Assembly: GCA_036339875.1 (NCBI GenBank)
Contig: JAYZAC010000033.1
Span: 1-25,286, forward strand
Direction: 5' to 3'
From: a bacterium
GTDB taxonomy: Bacteria; Muiribacteriota; UBA6191
Length of the DNA stretch: 25,286 nt
The stretch's first letter is position 1. The number at the start of each line of letters is the position of its first letter. The translations under genes and the position numbers were made by a program. This document shows positions 8,639-16,758 of the stretch, one piece after another. Below the pieces are notes generated by a model. It saw nothing but the letters and a program-made list of their open reading frames with translations, had not been told where the DNA came from and searched no databases.

Positions 8639-10041
8639 AGCGAGAGCTAATTGAACTTAAAGTCGGCATAGTAAGCTTTTTAGCCCTAATTTGCGGTGTA
8701 GCACTATTGCTTATAGTCGAAGATACGAATCTTTTACAAAAGAGCTATTCAATCAATGTGGGTTTTACAGACGCTGCGATGTTGCTAGAAGGCTCCAATG
8801 TAAACATGTCTGGTGTGAAAATCGGTCGAGTGAATGGTCTATATATTAATCTTAAACCAAGCCAGGAATATAAAGTAATAGCCAACCTCGAAATTAATAC
8901 TGAACATAACATACCACTAAATTCAACGTTTACAATTGGCTCCAGTGGGCTATTTGGAACAAATTATGTGAAGATAGACCCACCTGCGATAATCCCCGAT
9001 GACCAGATGCAATTTATTTCAAGAAATTCTGATAAAGTCTTTCTTGGATCACAACCTGAGAGCTTTCAAGACCTTGTCGTTCAAGGAAAGTCAGCCTTAG
9101 AGAAAGTGGAAAGAATTTTAGGGCATGTCGAATCTGTGGTAGGAGACGCTCCAACGAAGGCTAGTTTTAAAAAAATTGTTAAAAACCTTGAAGCTAGTAC
9201 AGGACAAGTTGATTTATTTTTGACGGATTTAAGACAAGAATTTCAGAGTATCTCAGTAGATGTTCTATCAATAACTTCTAATTTAAATCAAATTTTAGTG
9301 GCTAACAGAAGCTCCGTAAAACAATCAATCAAAAATCTAGCTTATTTAAGTCAAGATATGCGCGAAATCACTCGTCATAACAAACATAAAATAGACAATA
9401 TTGTAGACCGTATCGATGAAATTACACTTTCGGTTGAAGATAATGGAGGTCTAAAAAATTCACTGAGAAAAATACGAGGTAATTTTGAGAAGTTAGGTGA
9501 AAATATGGAAGCCGTGTCTCAAAAAGCTCGCGAGATTATAGAAAACCCAGAGTTAGAAGAAAAAATTCACGAAGCAATTGGATCCGCTACAACGGCAGCC
9601 GACGCTCTAACGGATATTAAAAGAGACTTATATTCAACAAATACTACATTCACATCACAAGTACTCTATAGCGCTAAAAATGATCATTACGAAAGTAATT
9701 TTTACCTTGATACTGAATTCAAAAATAAATATCTGCTTAAAATGGGCATCGAAAACTCTGAAACCGATAGTGGTTTATCTCTTTTTCAAGGTGGTATGAA
9801 ACAATCTGACATAACTCTTCGAGCCGGGATCTTAGAGGACAAGTTTGGTCTGGGAATCGAAAAAGATATCATGGATAACAAAATGACTATTGGCCTAGAA
9901 ACATATGATCTTAATGATCCGGCGTACAGAGCCTTTACTCAATACCACTGGCGTGATGGTTCCTCATTAATGATGCGAATTGATAAAATCAACAAAAATG
10001 AAGACCGAGATGTAATGGTAGGCGTCTCACACCGATTCTGA
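8635..10041 (+). CDS. mlaD: Long MlaD/MCE protein with coiled-coil region and probable C-terminal beta-barrel
   Basis: N-terminal TM helix after 'ELKVG'; MCE motifs 'L.EGSNVNMSGVKIGRV' and 'SSGLFGTNYVKIDP'; heptad-rich middle; beta-strand-like C-terminus ending VGVSHRF. Confidence 0.9.
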   Translation: MKRELIELKVGIVSFLALICGVALLLIVEDTNLLQKSYSINVGFTDAAMLLEGSNVNMSGVKIGRVNGLYINLKPSQEYKVIANLEINTEHNIPLNSTFTIGSSGLFGTNYVKIDPPAIIPDDQMQFISRNSDKVFLGSQPESFQDLVVQGKSALEKVERILGHVESVVGDAPTKASFKKIVKNLEASTGQVDLFLTDLRQEFQSISVDVLSITSNLNQILVANRSSVKQSIKNLAYLSQDMREITRHNKHKIDNIVDRIDEITLSVEDNGGLKNSLRKIRGNFEKLGENMEAVSQKAREIIENPELEEKIHEAIGSATTAADALTDIKRDLYSTNTTFTSQVLYSAKNDHYESNFYLDTEFKNKYLLKMGIENSETDSGLSLFQGGMKQSDITLRAGILEDKFGLGIEKDIMDNKMTIGLETYDLNDPAYRAFTQYHWRDGSSLMMRIDKINKNEDRDVMVGVSHRF

Positions 10042-10079
10042 TAAAACATACAAAAAGTATTAAATTTGGCAAACTTTTG

Positions 10080-10108
10080 TTGTATCCGCTTTGGTGGTTA
10101 TATATAAT
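10080..10108 (+). promoter_or_regulatory. Putative sigma-70 promoter of bamA-hflX
   Basis: TTGTAT (10080-10085), 17 nt spacer, TATAAT (10103-10108). Confidence 0.65.
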
Positions 10109-10146
10109 ACTGGCTAAATGTACCATTACTCGACGCCAGGACTATA

Positions 10147-11976
10147 ATGCAATATCTAGCAGCCACCTTAGTCATTTTTTCCATCAGTTTTCATAGCCTT
10201 TTTGCAAAGGATCTAACCTATTCTCCGACCGCGCCAATGGAGAACAGGGAGACACAAGCTAAGACAATTAATTTAAGTAAGAATTCAAATTCTAAATCGA
10301 AAATTAACAACAATCCAAGCAATCAAATTGAAAAAGTTAAGAACAAAAAAGCTGGAAAAGGTCCTTTAATCACAGATATTAGTATAAGAGGTCATGCAAA
10401 TACCGCCCCACAAGTGATTAAACTTGCGGTGGGGTCAAAAGTTGGGGAACGCCTAAGTAAGGATCAAGTATCTGATGACATCAGTGCGATCTATAAATTA
10501 GGATATTTTCAAAGCCCCCCAAGACCATCTACTGAGCCATTTGGCGCCGGTATTAGACTTGTTTACAATGTAATCGAGAATCCGGCTGTTGAAAGTCTGA
10601 AGATTAAAGGAAATACGCTGATACCAACAGAAGTTATTCAGGAAAGTATGACAACTCAGATTGGATCCGTTTTGAATATTCGACAGTTATATGAAGATCT
10701 GTCCACGATCAGCAACTTATATCGCAAGAAAGGTTTCATTTACTCGGGTATATATAATCCTGGCAAGCAAGTCTCTATTGAAGGTACTCATATTACCGTC
10801 AATATTAAAGAGTCTCGTATCAACCGTATCCGCTTTGAAGGTAATAAGAAAACAAGAGACTATGTGATAATGCGAGAGCTCCTGATGGAAGAAGGTCAAG
10901 TTGTAAATCGGGAAAGGATCTCCGATTCATTACGAAACCTGCGTAATCTTGATTTTTTTGAATTAGAGCAGCCAGAAATTATTCTTAATCCGGATACGGG
11001 AGATACGGATGTAACCTTAAACCTTCAAGATGTTAAAACAGGAACTGCAAGCTTTGGTGGCGGATATAGCTCAATTAATGGCTTCATTGGTTTCGTGGAC
11101 GCTACAGAAAGAAACTTTCGAGGTAAAGGACAAGCTTTACGAGTAAAAACTCAGTTTGGTGGAGAGCAAGCATACGAGTTAGCTTTTACTGAACCTTATT
11201 TCAAAGGTCGAAAACAAGCAATCGGAGGAAGTCTATTTCGCAGCATATTAGATCGTGACGACATCCGTAATCAATCATTATTTGCGAGGTTCGAAGAACG
11301 TAGAGAAGGGTTTTCACTTTTTACCACACAGCGAAAAAGAAAAGATGAAAGTTTAACGTATAGATTTATTGATGAAAGAATTAAAACAGATCTTATCGCT
11401 GGTAACCCCTCAAGCCTTTATAATGATCATCAACAGACTATAGGCATCACTTGGATTATGGATAAGAGAGATAATTTCCAATATCCAACCAAGGGCTATA
11501 GACATAGCGTTACGTTTTCAACTACAGGTGGACTACTAGCTGGAATCAATAACTTCAACAAGTACAGTTATGAATATCGCAGATATTGGCAAAACAATTT
11601 TATTAAAAGAAACACACTCGCCTTAAGGGTGAAGGGTGGACTTGCGCAAGAACTAGACGGCTTTATTCCTTACATCGATCTATGGTCAGTTGGTGGCTCC
11701 AACTCAATTCGAGGGTATGAAGATAGAGAATTCGTTGGTGAGAAGATGTTTTATTCCAACCTTGAAATGCGTTATAAAATTTCTAAGCAATTTACTGCCG
11801 CACTGTTTACCGACATTGGTTCTGCATGGGATGGTGTCGCAAGCTTCGATCTTCGTTCAGCCTTTGGAGTAGGGATTCGCTTCAAAACGCCTCTGGGACC
11901 TTTTCGTCTCGATTTTGCTAAGGCTACCGATCGAAGTAGTAATCAGGTACACTTCGGTATTGGCAGTATGTTTTAG
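10147..11976 (+). CDS. bamA: Omp85/BamA outer-membrane protein assembly factor (about 3 POTRA domains)
   Basis: Signal peptide; POTRA motifs 'I..IYKLGYF' and 'GNKKTRDYVIMREL'; barrel motifs 'ERNFRGKGQ', 'GGSNSIRGY', 'GVGIRFKTPLGPFRLDFA'; terminal Phe. Confidence 0.93.
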   Translation: MQYLAATLVIFSISFHSLFAKDLTYSPTAPMENRETQAKTINLSKNSNSKSKINNNPSNQIEKVKNKKAGKGPLITDISIRGHANTAPQVIKLAVGSKVGERLSKDQVSDDISAIYKLGYFQSPPRPSTEPFGAGIRLVYNVIENPAVESLKIKGNTLIPTEVIQESMTTQIGSVLNIRQLYEDLSTISNLYRKKGFIYSGIYNPGKQVSIEGTHITVNIKESRINRIRFEGNKKTRDYVIMRELLMEEGQVVNRERISDSLRNLRNLDFFELEQPEIILNPDTGDTDVTLNLQDVKTGTASFGGGYSSINGFIGFVDATERNFRGKGQALRVKTQFGGEQAYELAFTEPYFKGRKQAIGGSLFRSILDRDDIRNQSLFARFEERREGFSLFTTQRKRKDESLTYRFIDERIKTDLIAGNPSSLYNDHQQTIGITWIMDKRDNFQYPTKGYRHSVTFSTTGGLLAGINNFNKYSYEYRRYWQNNFIKRNTLALRVKGGLAQELDGFIPYIDLWSVGGSNSIRGYEDREFVGEKMFYSNLEMRYKISKQFTAALFTDIGSAWDGVASFDLRSAFGVGIRFKTPLGPFRLDFAKATDRSSNQVHFGIGSMF

Positions 11977-12014
11977 GCAAAAGCTGATTAGTTTCGTATC
12001 AATAGGAAGGCACA

Positions 12015-13808
12015 ATGGTTGTGGATCAGGCAACTCGAGAATGGGCACAGCACAAAAACAATTCCTGTGGACGACAATTCGAGAAACTCAGAGTCTTGGT
12101 TAAATCTGCCTTCCAAACTTTTAAGACTACCGGAAAAGAAGGCTACTTTTTAGTAAATCGGGCTGGATATATTCAGGAATCATCACCAGATCCTCTGGAA
12201 TTTTGCTACAGAACTATTCATATACCAGATGTTGAAGCATTTACCAAACTCAGCATATATGCGTTCTTAGGAGGATCCATAAAAAATCTAGCCCCTAGAA
12301 AAATTTACCGACTGGTTCGCAAATTCAGATTAGATAGTGCCCATATATTCTATGATGATGAACCTGACTCGGTTCAAATTATTACACCTATAATCCGTGA
12401 TTCAAAAATTAGTAATGACTTTATTACAGAAGTTCATGAACTTAATATTTGGATACCGGAACTACAAGACCGTTTTTTTCAAAAGCGCGAACAAACTGTA
12501 CAATTTGAAAAGGTTGCCTTTAGTAGCGATTCTGAAAAGAAACGAGCTCTGAGTATTGAGTTAGAGTTTAGCTCCCAACAGATTCGTAATCACTCCTCTC
12601 CGGCCGTTGAGATGAAAGGTCTAGCGGACACCTTAGAAATGGAAGTACTCCGAACTATGAGTCAAAAGCTGAACAAACCTAATCCTGGTAGTTTTATTGG
12701 CTCGGGTAAACTAGAAGAAATCATGGAAGCTATCGAAGAGGACGATTACACTCATTTATTTTTCAATTGTGATATACCATCTAGATTCAAACGTGAATTA
12801 GACACACAAAGTATGCTAACAGTTTGGGATCGCACTGACCTTATACTAGAAATCTTTCGAGTTAGAGCTCGAACAGAAAGAGCAAGACTCCAGGTAGAAC
12901 TTGCAAGTCTACATTACCGAGGTGAAGATGCTATTCGACGACAACTGGATGATCCTCAATTTGCCAACGCAATGGCATACGAAGCTTATCGCGACAAGCT
13001 TCGTCAAAGACTTACTGAAAAGAAAAAAAATATCAAACAAGATCTTGAAAAATTAAAAAGACAAGATTCGGAAAGACGGAGTACCCGAGAGCTTAGCTCT
13101 CCGACTTCTATTGCTTTAATAGGATATACCAATGCTGGCAAATCTAGTCTGTTTAACGAATTTTTAGGAAAAGAAGAAGTTGCCACGGAAAACCTCTTAT
13201 TCAAGACCTTAGACACTACTACTCGCAATCTTGAAATATCGCAGCAAACCGCTTTTTTGATAAGCGATACCGTTGGATTTATTCAGCAAATGCCTGAACA
13301 TCTAAAAGAAGCATTCCATACGACTCTAGCTGAAAGTAAGCTATCTAGTCATTTACTAATTCTATTAGATCCATTCAGTATTCCAATTAAACAGCAAAAG
13401 GAATGCATCATTGAAACTATGCAAGCGATTGATCGACTGGATCAAGCTAATTGGTTTTGGATCGTTAATAAAGTAGACCTTTTGAGTGAACACCAGATTG
13501 ATGAGATTAAACAAGATTTCGAAATTGATTTATTTATTTCTGCTCATGACCCAGACTCAGTTGTTGAGCTTAAAGAATATATTGTAAATCGTATCTCCAG
13601 CAACAGGCGTACGGTTAATCTAGAATTAGACTATTCAATGAATAATCAGATCCATACATTAAAGAAAATAGCCACAATTATTGAAGAACCTAAATATGAT
13701 CACGATTGGATTCGCTTAAAAGTCAGTTTTCCTTTTGGAGATGAATACAAAATAGAGCAATTGTTTGGAGCATCTCTTGAAGAGCTTGGCGTAGAAGACG
13801 CTGACTGA
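12015..13808 (+). CDS. hflX: HflX-family GTPase, long and divergent form
   Basis: 'FIGSGKLEEI', 'DRTDLILEIF..RART..ARLQVELA'; G1 GYTNAGKSS, G2 LFKTLD, G3 DTVGFI, G4 NKVD, G5 ISA. Confidence 0.88.
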   Translation: MVVDQATREWAQHKNNSCGRQFEKLRVLVKSAFQTFKTTGKEGYFLVNRAGYIQESSPDPLEFCYRTIHIPDVEAFTKLSIYAFLGGSIKNLAPRKIYRLVRKFRLDSAHIFYDDEPDSVQIITPIIRDSKISNDFITEVHELNIWIPELQDRFFQKREQTVQFEKVAFSSDSEKKRALSIELEFSSQQIRNHSSPAVEMKGLADTLEMEVLRTMSQKLNKPNPGSFIGSGKLEEIMEAIEEDDYTHLFFNCDIPSRFKRELDTQSMLTVWDRTDLILEIFRVRARTERARLQVELASLHYRGEDAIRRQLDDPQFANAMAYEAYRDKLRQRLTEKKKNIKQDLEKLKRQDSERRSTRELSSPTSIALIGYTNAGKSSLFNEFLGKEEVATENLLFKTLDTTTRNLEISQQTAFLISDTVGFIQQMPEHLKEAFHTTLAESKLSSHLLILLDPFSIPIKQQKECIIETMQAIDRLDQANWFWIVNKVDLLSEHQIDEIKQDFEIDLFISAHDPDSVVELKEYIVNRISSNRRTVNLELDYSMNNQIHTLKKIATIIEEPKYDHDWIRLKVSFPFGDEYKIEQLFGASLEELGVEDAD

Positions 13809-13836
13809 GAGCAGCAATGAACTTAAGTCACTCTTT

Positions 13837-14586
13837 TCAAGCTTGGAAAAGATGATCCAATTTTAGGTCTAAATCACCCTCAGCAAATCGACGATTTTCC
13901 ATGGTTTCCCAAGTTTCAATTGAACCGTCTCGTAAATGTAAAACTTTCTCAGTGTGTTCTGCCACATCCCTCTCATGCGTAACCATAATTATGGTTTTTC
14001 CAATTGAATGTAAATATTGAAGTATTGCCAATATATCCTGACCCGTTGAAGAATCTAAATTTCCTGTGGGCTCATCTGCCATGATTATTGATGGGTTATT
14101 CAACAATGCGCGAGCAATTGCTGCTCTCTGGCATTGACCACCACTAATTTGATTAGGACGAAAATGCAATCTCTCTCCCAAACCAATCGCATCTAATAAT
14201 TTCACTGCCCTATCATAATTTTCATCAGCCGTACCACAATACCGACTTGGAAGTAATACATTCTCTAGTACGGTGTTGTGGGGTACTAAATAAAAAGCCT
14301 GAAAAACAAAACCTATTTCAGTATTACGAACCCTAGATAGACTATCATCGTCCAAATCTGCTATCTCTCTGTCACGAAGTAGATAGCTACCTCTAGTTGG
14401 CTTATCCAATCCGCCCAATATATGCATCAAAGTACTTTTACCCGACCCCGATGGCCCCATTATAGAAACGAAGTCACCATGATTGATTTCAAAATTCAAC
14501 CCCTTCAATATCTTAAATTCTTCTGTATCACTATAATAAGATTTTTCTAGATTTTGAATTTTAAGTATGGGTGTTCTTGTTTTCAT
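13837..14586 (-). CDS. LolD/MacB-type ABC ATP-binding protein
   Basis: GPSGSGKST, 'RNTEIGFVFQAF', ISGGQCQR, ADEPTGNLDS, VTHE. Start set at ATG 14586 (MKTRTPILK); the ORF-track extension to 14691 runs through the divergent promoter and into the next gene. Confidence 0.92.
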   Translation of the reverse strand: MKTRTPILKIQNLEKSYYSDTEEFKILKGLNFEINHGDFVSIMGPSGSGKSTLMHILGGLDKPTRGSYLLRDREIADLDDDSLSRVRNTEIGFVFQAFYLVPHNTVLENVLLPSRYCGTADENYDRAVKLLDAIGLGERLHFRPNQISGGQCQRAAIARALLNNPSIIMADEPTGNLDSSTGQDILAILQYLHSIGKTIIMVTHERDVAEHTEKVLHLRDGSIETWETMENRRFAEGDLDLKLDHLFQA

Positions 14587-14597
14587 AATTTGTCCAA

Positions 14598-14647
14598 CTG
14601 ACAGCGGAGCGCCGGCGAAGTATAATGTCATAGATAAAGCCATGCAA
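14598..14647. promoter_or_regulatory. Bidirectional sigma-70 promoter with overlapping -10 boxes
   Basis: Plus strand: CTGACA (14598-14603), 17 nt, TATAAT (14621-14626). Minus strand: TTGCAT (14647-14642), 17 nt, TATACT (14624-14619). Confidence 0.65.
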
Positions 14648-14660
14648 GTAAGGAGACACA

Positions 14661-15128
14661 ATGCCACTAGATAAAGAAAAAATTCGTGCAATGATTAGAG
14701 AAAAAGCTGGGATCAAGAACGGCGGACCTAGCCCTGCATTTCCAGAAGTCAATCTTGAAAGTATGACAATAGAGGGTGTAGAGGTAGATTTCTGTCCTAA
14801 AAGTCACGGTGTTTGGCTTGACCATGGTGAAGCGGCTGATATTGGTGAAGGAGTACAAGACTTTCCTGATTTTGCATGGTCCTGGAGTCAACGTAAAGCA
14901 AGCTCAAAAAATTCACCAAGATATCCTGAAAATAAAATGTGGGAACTTCCATATGATAAAGATCATGAATTGAAAGTCGACTACTGTGAAAAAAGTAAAG
15001 GCATCTGGTTAGATGCCAGTGAGATATCCACATTAGAGATAATTATGGCTAATAAAACTTGCCCTAATCAAAGACTTTACAAGCTGTACGACGACATGAA
15101 AAAGAACGGGTACATTTGCGTCTCATAG
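14661..15128 (+). CDS. Tandem zf-TFIIB-like (zinc-ribbon) domain protein with degenerate Cys ligands
   Basis: Two repeats: 'GVEVDFCPKSHGVWLDHGE' and 'LKVDYCEKSKGIWLDASE'. SD AAGGAG upstream. Confidence 0.75.
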   Translation: MPLDKEKIRAMIREKAGIKNGGPSPAFPEVNLESMTIEGVEVDFCPKSHGVWLDHGEAADIGEGVQDFPDFAWSWSQRKASSKNSPRYPENKMWELPYDKDHELKVDYCEKSKGIWLDASEISTLEIIMANKTCPNQRLYKLYDDMKKNGYICVS

Positions 15129-15176
15129 TAATGATTAATTGATTTAATCAACCATTGAGACATAATTAACCAAAAG

Positions 15177-15560
15177 TTATCTTCTCTCAAGATAACGTTT
15201 GATCGCAACTTTACCAAGTGCTCTGATAGCCTCTACTTTACTAGGAGTATTAACCCGATTAGTCTTTAGGTATGTTGCCAGAATTTCACTGAGCTCTGTT
15301 GACTTAAGGCGCACAAGCTCCTGTATAGTCGCCTTCTTGATATTCTCATCTTTGCTTTTATAAAGAATAGACTTAAGCAGCTCTACGCGATTAATAGACT
15401 TTTTATTCTGAAGTTCATCGATCACGATATCAACAACCTCTTGATGTATTACTTGACTTGTTCCAGTCTTGTTATGTAGAAGAGCTAAGTTACGATTACT
15501 AATGCGTGTAGTATTTTCATCAAATAATGGAAAGATGTCCTTTAAAATTGATTCTGCCAT
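15177..15560 (-). CDS. Small alpha-helical (HEAT-repeat-like) hypothetical protein
   Basis: SD AAGGAG; HEAT-like segments 'DENIKKATIQELVRL' and 'SKVEAIRALGKV'. Confidence 0.65.
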   Translation of the reverse strand: MAESILKDIFPLFDENTTRISNRNLALLHNKTGTSQVIHQEVVDIVIDELQNKKSINRVELLKSILYKSKDENIKKATIQELVRLKSTELSEILATYLKTNRVNTPSKVEAIRALGKVAIKRYLERR

Positions 15561-15600
15561 TTGATTATTCTCCTTGATCTGACCCGCGTACCTTCATAAT

Positions 15601-15628
15601 ATATCGGCAAATAAGGACAAAAACCTTA
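15601..15628 (-). promoter_or_regulatory. Sigma-28 promoter
   Basis: Minus strand reads TAAG (15628-15625), 16 nt spacer, GCCGATAT (15608-15601), 40 nt upstream of the ATG. Confidence 0.75.
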
Positions 15629-15700
15629 ATTTTTAGCTATTTTTTGTATGCTTATAGGCTGAAACACTGATTAAGAGACCAATCTAGACCTACGGAATAT

Positions 15701-16747
15701 TCAAGATTTAAGATCTAAAATTTTCTTAACATCCTGAGCCTGATCCAATCTACCCACTAACAAACATTCGGCAGTATCTACCACCATCAAATCAGAAACT
15801 CCTACAAGAGCTATAGATTTTGAGTCTTCTGTAGACGTCAGATTTCCATATGAATCAACCACAAATAATGAGAAGTCCTTACTGAGCTTTACATTCTTAT
15901 TTTCATCGCCATCATGTACTTGAAACAGAGAATAAAAACTACCAACATCAGACCAACCAACATCACAGGGAATCATGCTAATTTGAGATGATTTTTCCAT
16001 AACTGCCACATCAATAGCAATTGATTGTAGTTGACTGTAAACTTTATCAAAGTCTGGGGTATCAATCTTGGAGTTTAACTCCATAAGCCCTTTATGAAGC
16101 TCAGGACAGTGAATCGACATTTCATCGATTAATTGTTGAGCCTTAAAGATGAACATTCCTGCATTCCAAGCATAATTTCCAGTATCTAAGTAAGATTTAG
16201 CTGTATCTAAATCGGGCTTCTCTACAAACTTTTTAACTTCGAAGGCTTCAAATTCAAATCCTTCATGAACTTTACCCCTGTGTATATACCCATAACCTGT
16301 CTCGGGATAGGTAGGTGTTATCCCAAGAGTTACAATCCTGCCTTTTTTAGCCAATCTGATACCGTTCTGCAATACGGTCAAAAATCGTGATTCTTTCTTA
16401 ATGTAATGATCAGAGTGTAATGAAACTATCAAAGCCTCTGGATCGCGCTTCAATGCGACCAAAGCGGCTAGACCAAGTGCAGGTCCAGTATTACGTCCAA
16501 CCGGCTCCATCAATAAATTTTTGTTTGGAATTTCTGGTAACGACTCTTTAACTAACTTTTCAAAATTAAAATTGCTAGAGATCAGAATTTTATCTTGGTC
16601 GACTATAGGTAAAACTCTATCAAATGTTTCTCTGATCATAGTCTTTTGTGAGAACAATGATAAAAACTGTTTCGGCTTCTTATTTGTCGACATTGGGTAG
16701 AAACGACTTCCCACCCCTCCTGCCATAATAACTGTAAAAACCGACAT
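15701..16747 (-). CDS. manC: Mannose-1-phosphate guanylyltransferase (no isomerase domain)
   Basis: IMAGGVGSRFYPMS...PKQF, EPVGRNTGPA, HSDH, PTYPETGYGYI, FVEKPD, WNAGMF, GWSDVGS. Confidence 0.93.
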   Translation of the reverse strand: MSVFTVIMAGGVGSRFYPMSTNKKPKQFLSLFSQKTMIRETFDRVLPIVDQDKILISSNFNFEKLVKESLPEIPNKNLLMEPVGRNTGPALGLAALVALKRDPEALIVSLHSDHYIKKESRFLTVLQNGIRLAKKGRIVTLGITPTYPETGYGYIHRGKVHEGFEFEAFEVKKFVEKPDLDTAKSYLDTGNYAWNAGMFIFKAQQLIDEMSIHCPELHKGLMELNSKIDTPDFDKVYSQLQSIAIDVAVMEKSSQISMIPCDVGWSDVGSFYSLFQVHDGDENKNVKLSKDFSLFVVDSYGNLTSTEDSKSIALVGVSDLMVVDTAECLLVGRLDQAQDVKKILDLKS

Positions 16748-16758
16748 CTTTTACCTAC

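Noticed and set aside
10068..10110. GGCAAAC suggesting a c-di-GMP-I riboswitch before bamA
   Set aside because: No GNRA-capped stem or downstream GCAAA/receptor element; the region is better explained by a sigma-70 promoter.
11960..11990. Genome-wide reassignment of TAG as a sense codon
   Set aside because: bamA ends GIGSMF-TAG exactly at the expected terminal Phe, and several other genes end at TAG at plausible lengths. Only ald has an internal TAG.
14587..14691. Hydrophobic N-terminal extension of the ABC ATPase in the ORF track
   Set aside because: It overlaps the divergent gene and its promoter; the ATPase domain begins right after Met at 14586.
15132..15150. TGATTAA/TTAATCA inverted repeat between convergent genes as a terminator
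   Set aside because: The stem is nearly all A-T with no U tract; too weak to call.
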